From Crocinitomicaceae bacterium (GTDB lineage: Bacteria; Bacteroidota; Bacteroidia; Flavobacteriales_D; Crocinitomicaceae): a stretch of 54,639 bases of DNA. The notes under the pieces were generated by a model. The model did no database searches. It saw nothing but the letters and a program-made list of their open reading frames with translations, and was not told the origin of the DNA. The position numbers were made by a program, and so were the translations under genes. The stretch spans positions 1-54,639 of the forward strand of contig JAURHO010000001.1 of the NCBI GenBank assembly GCA_030833265.1, in the 5' to 3' direction. The stretch's first letter is position 1. Every line of letters starts with the position of its first letter. Shown here piece after piece: positions 46,417 through 54,137 of this stretch.

Positions 46417-48246
46417 TTAAAGTTCATCATCTTCAGAAGGCGCATCTCCTCTTAGTAGGCGGATGCGCTTTCTTGCTTCTGCGCCATATAAACTGCTCTT
46501 GTAATCGATCAAGAGTTTTTTATAGGACTCCACTGCAGCTGTTTTATCCAATAAGCGCAATTCCAAAATTTCTGCTGTCCTAAACAAGGCATCGTCGGCT
46601 AGAATATCTTTGCCATGGAGCTTGAGCAAATCGGCATAATAACCCAAAGCTGCTTGCCATTGACCCCGTTGTTCCAAAGCCTGCGCTTTTCTAAACAAAA
46701 TATCATCGGCTAAAGAATGATAAGGAAATTGTGTTTGAATGCTGTCAAATAACACAAAAGCAGAGTCATAATGATGTTGGGCAATCATGCGGTCGGCGGT
46801 GGCAAACCATAGCATGACTTGATAATTGCTGTCTAAGCCATAATTGTCCGTGATGAACACCGCAAGTTGAATGGCATCGTTGGCAATGAGTTTAGAAGTG
46901 GATTCTTTTAAAACATTGAGTTGCGCTTGTGCAAATTCAAATTCGCCATCATAATAGAAGATTTGAGCATTCTTGAATTTGGCCTCGCTACCAATCGTTT
47001 CAAATTTAAAATCGTTATCAACTTGCATATAGAGCAAAGAAGCCTCCCAGATGTCCCCGTCGAGTAAATAGATGTCCGCTAAAAGCATTTTTACCTGTGC
47101 CCGCTGCATATCTGTTAACCCAGGCATTTTTGTCAAAAGCAAAAGGTCTTCAATCGCTTTTTTGGATTGATCCGCATAAAAAGCCCTGATTTCAGCCAAT
47201 TGCAAAGAAAGTTGTAAGCTCACTTTGCCCTTGCCCAAGCGCGCTAATGCCGTTTCAAAATCGAGAATACTTTGGGCAATCTCCTCATTCGTATATGCTC
47301 TGAACTGCGTGATTTGCTGAAACCTTGCGTTGAGTAAAGAGAGTTGTGCTTCATAAAAATTGGGATTGTCTTGACCCAACTCTAGTACATATTGATAACA
47401 ACGACTGGCTTGATCAAAAACAGCATTTTCAACACAAATATGGCCAAGTTCTAATACCTCGCGGCCAGCGCCTTTACTTCTTTTGTCAAGGGCAATAACC
47501 TGATTAACAGCGCCATTAAAATCTCGGTTTTGTACAAAAAGCCAAGTAAGCATCTGCCTAAAAACAAGAGGTGCATTAGTTTGCTGCACTTGCTGCAAAA
47601 GCACTTCCTTTGCCAATTGAAAATCCGGCCCATTCGCATTTACAAGATCCAGGCGAACGCCCAAAGCCTGCTGAATGGCATCAATGATACTTGGCTGTTG
47701 GCCCAAATAATCTAAGTAAGCCAAAAGCATTTGGCGCTTATCTCCGGCTAAAGCATAATAATCTGCGTATTGAAAATTAAAAGGGTAATAAGGCGCTAAT
47801 TTCTTTCCCTGATCAAGTGTTCTTTTTGCGTAGTCTAGCTTGCCTTTACTTGAAAAAGCCTGATAAACATTGATGATTTGACCTGGATTTGGCTCTAGTT
47901 CATTGACAATATCTTCATAGATTTTTTTAGCCTTTGCCGGTTCGTCGAGTTCCTCATAGAAAGTCCCTGCTAATAAGCGGACTTCGTAGTCCTGTTTATT
48001 TAGGGAGATTTGTTTTTTCAGAACTTTCTCTGCTGTTTTGTCATCTTTTTGAGCTCTTAAACACGTAAAGTATGGCATAAAAACAGCCTTGCTTTGGTCG
48101 GTCTCATAAATTTTTTGATAATAAACGAGGGCCTTATCAAATTCTGAATTATTGAAATAATACTGTGCTAATTGTAAATCAGAGTTGTTTTGCGCAAACG
48201 ACTTTAAACCAAAAACTAAAAAGAAAATAACAACGAAGTATTTCAT
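46417..48246 (-). CDS. Secreted tetratricopeptide-repeat protein (C-terminal part CpoB/YbgF-like)
   Basis: Signal peptide FGLKSFAQ. 609 aa of TPR-like repeats. The last ~120 aa show the FPYHSLADDILFRKA...ADDALFRTA pattern seen in YbgF-type TPRs. Confidence 0.75.
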   Translation of the reverse strand: MKYFVVIFFLVFGLKSFAQNNSDLQLAQYYFNNSEFDKALVYYQKIYETDQSKAVFMPYFTCLRAQKDDKTAEKVLKKQISLNKQDYEVRLLAGTFYEELDEPAKAKKIYEDIVNELEPNPGQIINVYQAFSSKGKLDYAKRTLDQGKKLAPYYPFNFQYADYYALAGDKRQMLLAYLDYLGQQPSIIDAIQQALGVRLDLVNANGPDFQLAKEVLLQQVQQTNAPLVFRQMLTWLFVQNRDFNGAVNQVIALDKRSKGAGREVLELGHICVENAVFDQASRCYQYVLELGQDNPNFYEAQLSLLNARFQQITQFRAYTNEEIAQSILDFETALARLGKGKVSLQLSLQLAEIRAFYADQSKKAIEDLLLLTKMPGLTDMQRAQVKMLLADIYLLDGDIWEASLLYMQVDNDFKFETIGSEAKFKNAQIFYYDGEFEFAQAQLNVLKESTSKLIANDAIQLAVFITDNYGLDSNYQVMLWFATADRMIAQHHYDSAFVLFDSIQTQFPYHSLADDILFRKAQALEQRGQWQAALGYYADLLKLHGKDILADDALFRTAEILELRLLDKTAAVESYKKLLIDYKSSLYGAEARKRIRLLRGDAPSEDDEL

Positions 48247-48797
48247 CTTTGGCGCGCAGCTTTTTCTTGTAATTGATTAGCTAAAGCATTTACAGGTGGA
48301 TACAGCGCATAGTAATCTTCAAAAAGCTTGGCCTTCGCACGAAGGTACTCTTTGGTTAGGGCCGCTAATTGATCCACTTTGTTGTGTTCAAACTTAATAA
48401 ATTCATCGAAGCGCTGGCGTTCACCGCGCCCTAGTTCGACGTCCTGGGCAAGAAGCTTGAGGACTGTCTTTTCTTCTTTAATTCCGGTTCTCAATTGACG
48501 CAATTGTTTGGTAATAGGATTGATGGATTTGCGCATTAGCTTGTAGGCGTCTAGTTGTTGAGCAAGGTCCAAGTTAATTGTGTCGAGGTGAAGATGTTGT
48601 TTGATCTTGAGTTCGGTTTGCATGGTGTTCACTTTTAAAGATGAAACTTCATCCATGCGCTTGTCTTTGATCTGTTCAGCTAGCTGATCAAGTCTTTTTT
48701 GCTCTTGTTGAATGCGCTTTAATTGCTGTTCTTTGTTAATGTCAGCACACGATGTTAAAAAGCTTACTAAAGTGAAGACGATAAGTAATTTGTTCAT
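48243..48797 (-). CDS. Small coiled-coil lipoprotein, unknown function
   Basis: Lipobox FLTSC. 184 aa, strongly helical and charged (Gln/Lys/Leu heptad-like). 4-nt ATGA-type overlaps with both neighbours. Confidence 0.5.
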   Translation of the reverse strand: MNKLLIVFTLVSFLTSCADINKEQQLKRIQQEQKRLDQLAEQIKDKRMDEVSSLKVNTMQTELKIKQHLHLDTINLDLAQQLDAYKLMRKSINPITKQLRQLRTGIKEEKTVLKLLAQDVELGRGERQRFDEFIKFEHNKVDQLAALTKEYLRAKAKLFEDYYALYPPVNALANQLQEKAARQR

Positions 48798-49447
48798 CCA
48801 ATTTGATTTAAATAAAGATGTAAACCAGCCGTGATAATCGTTGCTAATAAAAAACCTGTGTATACTTCAATTGGCCTGTGTTTCTTAAGATACAATCTTG
48901 CCGACATCGTCAAGCCAGCAGCAATTATTGAACCAAGAAGCCACCAATTGCTAAAATCAGTTTGGCCAGCCGTGTAAACAGCTAAAAACCCAACAAGAAT
49001 TCCTGCGCCGGCAGCGTGTAAAGAGATTTTGATCCAACGGTTGATCAAAAGAAACAAACTCGTGATGGCAACGCCCGATAACGGGAGCGCATAATAATAA
49101 CTAGGCAAGGTATTGTTTCCTGCCTTGTAGGCTAATAAAAAGAAAAGAACTAGTGAATAAATGAGCATGATGATTAACGGCAAGCCACGCTCCCCTTGTG
49201 TTTCAATGTCAATGGTGCTAATGACTTTAAAGCGATGCAATAAAATGAAAGAAACACCGGGTGCGACTACACTAAACATGAAAAAGATGGTAAACAGCGC
49301 CCACTTTGTTGGAAGTGGCGCGAAATATAGCGAGCTCATGGCATAGCTGGTGCTGATTGCCGGCACAAATAAACTGATCAAAATGCCATAAGTCGGCATA
49401 AATAAGGGTAAAAACACCCATGAAAATATATGTGAAAGTATCCTCAT
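48794..49447 (-). CDS. Six-TM membrane protein, possibly PAP2-like phosphatase
   Basis: 217 aa. Weak PAP2-like elements: ERGLP (C1-like), ISLHAAG (C2-like) and SARLYLKKHRPIE (close to SRx5Hx3D/E). The assignment is tentative. Confidence 0.45.
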   Translation of the reverse strand: MRILSHIFSWVFLPLFMPTYGILISLFVPAISTSYAMSSLYFAPLPTKWALFTIFFMFSVVAPGVSFILLHRFKVISTIDIETQGERGLPLIIMLIYSLVLFFLLAYKAGNNTLPSYYYALPLSGVAITSLFLLINRWIKISLHAAGAGILVGFLAVYTAGQTDFSNWWLLGSIIAAGLTMSARLYLKKHRPIEVYTGFLLATIITAGLHLYLNQIG

Positions 49448-50880
49448 AATTCTTTGCGCATTCTGGCAACTGGTATTTGTAATTGTTCTCTGTACTTCGC
49501 AACTGTACGGCGGGCAATGTTGTAGCCCTTTTCCCTTAAAAGATCCATGAGTTTCTCGTCAGTGAGCGGATTGTGCTTGTCTTCTGCTTCAATGGCATCG
49601 GAGAGAATCTTTTTAACTTCTCGGGTAGAAACCTCTTCGCCGGAATCTGTCGATAATGACTCTGAGAAGAAGTATTTCAAGGAAAAGATCCCGTAGTTTG
49701 TTTGTACATATTTTGAATTGGCCACACGAGATACCGTTGAAATATCTAACTCTACCATATCGGCGATGTCTTTCAGAATCATGGGTCTGAGTTTAGTTTC
49801 ATCGCCACTCAAAAAATAAGCTTCTTGGTATTCGAGAATGGCGCCCATCGTAAGCAACAAGGTTTGCTGACGTTGTTTGATCGCGTCGATAAACCACTTG
49901 GCACCATCTAGTTTCTGCTTGACAAATTGAAAGGCTTCTTTGTCTGATTTTGAACTTTTAGCTCCCTCCGCATAACTGCGCAGCATGTTTTCGTAATCGC
50001 GATTCACTTTTAAATCAGGGGCATTCCGACTATTGAGGCTTAACTCCAAACGGCCTTCGTGTTCAAATAATGTGAAGTCCGGAACGATTTGCTGATAACT
50101 CTTTGCCGCTTCGCGCATTGAACCTCCAGGCTTTGGATTACAGCGTAAAATTTCGTCAATGGCCTCTTTTAAATCTTGGTCTTCGATTTCGAGCTTTTTG
50201 GCAATGCGCTCATAGTGCTTTTTGGTGAACTCTTCAAAGTACTTTTCTACTATTTTGAGGGCCGTATATCTAACGATATCTCCGTCTTGTTTGCGCTGCA
50301 ATTGTAACAATAAGCATTCTTGTAAATTCCTTGCGCCAACACCGGCCGGCTCTAGTTCTTGAACCAAAGCTAAAACTGCTTCCACCTCTTTTTCTGTGGC
50401 TTCAACATTCATCGAAAAAGCTAAATCATCTACAATGGCATCAATGGCTCGGTTCAAATAGCCCGATTCATCAAGATTACCCACAATTAAATGAGCGATC
50501 ACAAATTGTTTTTCATCCAGATAAAGCAAGTGCAATTGCTCTATCAGGCGCTCCTGAAAACTCTGTTCACCGGATAGCGGAATGACGCGTTCTTCTTCAT
50601 CGCGCGATTGATTATTTGCTTGTGTTTTGTAGTCAGCGATGTCATCATCTAGATAATCCGACAGGTCGAAATCATCGTTGTCGTCGTCATAATCGTCTTG
50701 TTGGTCAAAATCATCGTCTTCAAGTTCTTGACCCTCCTCTAAAGCAGGATTTTCCTCAAGCTCTTGTTTGATGCGTTGATCGAGCTCCATGGTCGGCACC
50801 TGCAACAACTTCATTAGCTGAATCTGTTGAGGAGACAGTCTTTGTTCAAGCTTTTGAATAAGTTGTTGCCGTAAAGCCAT
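49444..50880 (-). CDS. rpoN: RNA polymerase sigma-54 factor
   Basis: Region I MALRQQLIQKLEQRLSPQQIQLMKLLQ, acidic region II (DDDFDQQDDYDDDNDDFD), a core-binding region and a C-terminal HTH plus RpoN box ARRTVAKYREQL. Confidence 0.96.
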   Translation of the reverse strand: MALRQQLIQKLEQRLSPQQIQLMKLLQVPTMELDQRIKQELEENPALEEGQELEDDDFDQQDDYDDDNDDFDLSDYLDDDIADYKTQANNQSRDEEERVIPLSGEQSFQERLIEQLHLLYLDEKQFVIAHLIVGNLDESGYLNRAIDAIVDDLAFSMNVEATEKEVEAVLALVQELEPAGVGARNLQECLLLQLQRKQDGDIVRYTALKIVEKYFEEFTKKHYERIAKKLEIEDQDLKEAIDEILRCNPKPGGSMREAAKSYQQIVPDFTLFEHEGRLELSLNSRNAPDLKVNRDYENMLRSYAEGAKSSKSDKEAFQFVKQKLDGAKWFIDAIKQRQQTLLLTMGAILEYQEAYFLSGDETKLRPMILKDIADMVELDISTVSRVANSKYVQTNYGIFSLKYFFSESLSTDSGEEVSTREVKKILSDAIEAEDKHNPLTDEKLMDLLREKGYNIARRTVAKYREQLQIPVARMRKEL

Positions 50881-51821
50881 TATTGAATCTTCTGTTTAAT
50901 CACCTGATAAATTTCCAAAGTGCTCATGTCATAGACATATATCAGAACGTGCATGTTTGCGGCATTGTAGGCGCCGTCTAACTGATTTGGAACGACAAAA
51001 CTATAGTTGATATAATACTTGCCATTGTTAAAGTCTGCAGCCGTAAGTTGGCGGCCAAACGGCATATTATTTAGGTTCTTGCGGTGAATATCGCGGTGAA
51101 TGTAATTATGATTATGAGAGTTGTCTGACATTTTTTGATCGCCCACAAGTGAATCTTCCAACACATAAACAACAATACCTAAATCATTGGTCAAAGAAGC
51201 ATCGAGCTTTTCAGCTTCAACATGTAAGAAAGCTCCTTTGGTAGAAGGGTAATAATTCAGTGCTGACTGCAAATTGACTTTAAGATTGTTTTCTGTCAAT
51301 AGATTGCTGGTCATGGAGGACCACTGCCCAGGGCTTTGAAAGATGACACCTCCATTGTTTACTCTGCTTATTGGACCCCTCGGATTGCCAACAAATCCAC
51401 CGTCATGTGTGCCGAACCAAGTGCCAATTGCTAAGCCATCGGGGTTTGTGAAATCTAAGGTGTAGTTTGTATCAACAGACTGAAAATCACCAATGCCATC
51501 TACTCCTGAATGAATAGAAGCTACAAAAACTCGATTTGGATTCGCCTCGTGCAATTGATGCGCAAGGTCTGCAGCAGCAGGGCAAAAAATACACTTGTGG
51601 CCAGTAAAATCTTCGATTAAAATATTGCGGTCAGTATTGGTGTTTTGGGAAAAAGTTGGCCATTCATTGGCCACGTAATCAGCCCAATTGCCAGGATACA
51701 ATGTGGTGTCGAGTTCTAGGTTAACTACTGGTGGATACGGGTTGCTCACGCGGTCACAAGATGGCAACATCAGGAAGCCAAAACTTATGAAAAAAGCAAG
51801 AAAAATTGCAGTTATTTTCAT
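50880..51821 (-). CDS. Lipoprotein with thioredoxin-like CxxC motif (Omp28-related type)
   Basis: Lipobox MLPSC. ILIEDFTGHKCIFCPAAA (CxxC after a beta-strand, thioredoxin-like). 313 aa. Its stop shares 1 nt with the rpoN ATG (TAATG). Confidence 0.6.
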   Translation of the reverse strand: MKITAIFLAFFISFGFLMLPSCDRVSNPYPPVVNLELDTTLYPGNWADYVANEWPTFSQNTNTDRNILIEDFTGHKCIFCPAAADLAHQLHEANPNRVFVASIHSGVDGIGDFQSVDTNYTLDFTNPDGLAIGTWFGTHDGGFVGNPRGPISRVNNGGVIFQSPGQWSSMTSNLLTENNLKVNLQSALNYYPSTKGAFLHVEAEKLDASLTNDLGIVVYVLEDSLVGDQKMSDNSHNHNYIHRDIHRKNLNNMPFGRQLTAADFNNGKYYINYSFVVPNQLDGAYNAANMHVLIYVYDMSTLEIYQVIKQKIQ

Positions 51822-51822
51822 C

Positions 51823-53484
51823 TTAAAAACTATGCGTTAAATTGATCATTAAACCATTGTTTGCAGGCACTGGTCGGCAAACACCACCCACACAAAATAA
51901 ACCTGCACGTTGGCGGCCGTAAGAAACGGTCAAGCGGGTTGCGTCTTTGATGTATCCGCAAGTAATTATCGGATAATTTACGCGTTTACTTACATCGGCA
52001 TTGCCATAATTGTATTGGTTCATAAAAGAAAAGAACCATCCTGGGGAAATGGTGTATTCTACTAATGCCGTAGCCCAATTTCCCTTGTCGTTTAATCCTG
52101 CGGCATTCTTTTGAACCCACATTCCTTGCAACTCCCAACGCAATGCATGGTGCGTGTTGATTTTATAAGTGCCTTCTAAAACGGCGATTCTTGCATGAAT
52201 TATACCTTTAGCCTCACTGACCTTAACAACGTCATTATTGATTTTAATATCATAAAAACTAAGTATGCCACTCCATTTTTTGTTGAGTTTTTTGGTCACA
52301 TTAAAGTTGATGTCTTGCCAATACAAACTATCACTTAAATCAAATGGTCGGCAGTGATAAACCACCCTTGAAGAATCATTGAGGTCTATTCCGTTCAGTG
52401 TATGTTTTGGCTGGTAGGTGGTCGAGAAATTGAGCCCAACTGTTGTGCCGTACTTTCCGCCCAATTTTGAGCCCTTTTTAAACGTGTAAAGAATGTCTGC
52501 CTGATATGCAACTTCTCCCATTGGTTGCGTTGCGTATGGGTACAAGGTCGCCACTAAATTATAAGTGTGCGTTTTATTCAATGAGGGCAGGTAATTGATG
52601 AGTACATCTTGTAAGTCTTTGGTTCGGTCAGAACGGAAACTCATGTTATCAACTGACTTTCCAGAAATGAGAATTCCTAGACACTTTTGGGTATAGCGCA
52701 AATTGAATACTGCGGCATGGCCATAATTGTAGATGTATTTGTTGTCTGAAGAGGGATCCTGCTCTTTTTGCATAAATTCTGCGTCCGCATAAAAATTCTT
52801 GTAAGCCAACTTGACACGACCACCATAGACACCAACGTTTTGTGGTAAAATCCAGTCGGGGTTATCGTCTTCTTGAAATTTACTCACAAATGAAGCGCCT
52901 AATACAACATCTAACGCTTTGTCTTTCATGAAGGAAAGGCCTTCATTGAGGTGAAATTCTCCGTCAACTCCTCTGACTAAACCAGCGCCATGTATCATTT
53001 GTCCTTTTTGAAAAGACAAGCGTTGATTTCCATAAACACCCTTAACAACAAGACCTTTACCTGGTCTTAAAACAATGCGTACTCCGTCAAGAAGGTTGTC
53101 GTAACCTAGGTTGCGGTCTTCATAGGTGCGCAGTGCCAAACCAGAGCCAAACTGCTCATAAAAAGAACCTAAAGTAACATCTACAAAATTGTTTTGATAA
53201 CCGACGTAGCGCATGCCTATACCGGTGCCATCAAAACGATTTGGATACCCTTGAATTCTAGGCAGATAAGATTCAAGGCGCATGCCGGCTTTAAAATTCC
53301 CTTGTGTGTAAAACACATTCATATAGGAATTTAATAAGCCTTTTTGAACTGGTTGTTTGGCATTGATAATGCTGTCTTCATTGAGGTACTGGAACGTGGT
53401 TTCCATATTGCCAGTAATGTTGCCTTGGGCTTGCACAAGTTGAAGCGCGCAAGTAAACCCAATAAGGGACAATAAATGTTTCAT
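51823..53484 (-). CDS. Probable outer-membrane beta-barrel protein (DUF6029-like), function unknown
   Basis: Signal peptide CALQLVQAQ. 553 aa of alternating-pattern strands rich in Tyr/Gly/Asn. C terminus ...MINLTHSF (terminal Phe). Cys pair FCVGGVCRPVP near the C terminus. Confidence 0.55.
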   Translation of the reverse strand: MKHLLSLIGFTCALQLVQAQGNITGNMETTFQYLNEDSIINAKQPVQKGLLNSYMNVFYTQGNFKAGMRLESYLPRIQGYPNRFDGTGIGMRYVGYQNNFVDVTLGSFYEQFGSGLALRTYEDRNLGYDNLLDGVRIVLRPGKGLVVKGVYGNQRLSFQKGQMIHGAGLVRGVDGEFHLNEGLSFMKDKALDVVLGASFVSKFQEDDNPDWILPQNVGVYGGRVKLAYKNFYADAEFMQKEQDPSSDNKYIYNYGHAAVFNLRYTQKCLGILISGKSVDNMSFRSDRTKDLQDVLINYLPSLNKTHTYNLVATLYPYATQPMGEVAYQADILYTFKKGSKLGGKYGTTVGLNFSTTYQPKHTLNGIDLNDSSRVVYHCRPFDLSDSLYWQDINFNVTKKLNKKWSGILSFYDIKINNDVVKVSEAKGIIHARIAVLEGTYKINTHHALRWELQGMWVQKNAAGLNDKGNWATALVEYTISPGWFFSFMNQYNYGNADVSKRVNYPIITCGYIKDATRLTVSYGRQRAGLFCVGGVCRPVPANNGLMINLTHSF

Positions 53485-53488
53485 GGGC

Positions 53489-54004
53489 TTATTTTCCGCT
53501 CAATTTGAGCAATTCTTGGTATAATTTCTCTTCGTCACCTGGCGCATAATTGTTGTGCGAATAAACGATGTTACCCTCTTTGTCGACGAGGAAAGTATGA
53601 GGCACATTGTTAACTCCCATGGCGCGTTTGAAATCCCAATTTGGATCCATTAAGACTACATAATCCCATGCCTTTCCGTTCACATAAACAGGCACTTGGC
53701 TTTTTGTTTTTTCATCGTCAATAGCAACGGCTACAAGGGTAACTCCTGTTTCCTCGACCCAATCAGCATATAGTTCATGGACAGTATTTAATTCTTTTTT
53801 ACAAGGCGCACACCAAGTTGCCCAAAAACTAATGATTACGGGGCCGTTTGCTGTTAATTCGGCAGTGTTAACGGCCTTGCCTTTCATGTCAACAAGCTTA
53901 ACGGATGGAACTTTCTTTGCGACGTTAGCTTCAACGTGAGCATCTTGAGCTGTGGCCTGTAGGGCTAAAAAGGCAACAAAAAGAGAAAATAGAACTTTTT
54001 TCAT
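53489..54004 (-). CDS. Secreted TlpA/ResA-family thiol:disulfide oxidoreductase
   Basis: Signal peptide FLALQATAQ. VIISFWATWCAPCKKEL active site and cis-Pro loop NNVPHTFLVD. 171 aa. Confidence 0.85.
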   Translation of the reverse strand: MKKVLFSLFVAFLALQATAQDAHVEANVAKKVPSVKLVDMKGKAVNTAELTANGPVIISFWATWCAPCKKELNTVHELYADWVEETGVTLVAVAIDDEKTKSQVPVYVNGKAWDYVVLMDPNWDFKRAMGVNNVPHTFLVDKEGNIVYSHNNYAPGDEEKLYQELLKLSGK

Positions 54005-54023
54005 GTGTGAATTTTAGGGTGCT

Positions 54024-54038
54024 TGGCAAATATCTTGC
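54024..54038 (+). promoter_or_regulatory. Sigma-54-type -24/-12 element (TGGCAA-N5-TTGC), also a near-palindrome TTGGCAA-N5-TTGCCGA
   Basis: TGGCAAATATCTTGC has GG and GC at the canonical 10-nt spacing with a full TTGC -12 box. It lies in the 133-nt divergent region between the rpoN-containing operon and the plus-strand gene at 54138. The reverse strand reads CGGCAAGATATTTGC, also GG-N10-GC. Confidence 0.3.
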
Positions 54039-54044
54039 CGAATC

Positions 54045-54052
54045 CAAAAGTA
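54045..54052 (-). promoter_or_regulatory. Bacteroidota -7 promoter motif TACTTTTG upstream of the TlpA-to-TPR operon that contains rpoN
   Basis: Plus strand CAAAAGTA. 40 nt upstream of ATG 54004. The sigma-54-like palindrome lies between this motif and the ATG. Confidence 0.45.
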
Positions 54053-54109
54053 TAAAAAAAGCGGCGATGGAAAAAATGGCTTAAATTTTGTAGACTGCGA
54101 TGAAAACGT

Positions 54110-54117
54110 TATTTTTG
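54110..54117 (+). promoter_or_regulatory. Bacteroidota -7 promoter motif TATTTTTG upstream of the partial gene at 54138
   Basis: Exact match 20 nt upstream of ATG 54138. Confidence 0.45.
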
Positions 54118-54137
54118 AACAAATACGAATTCCATAC

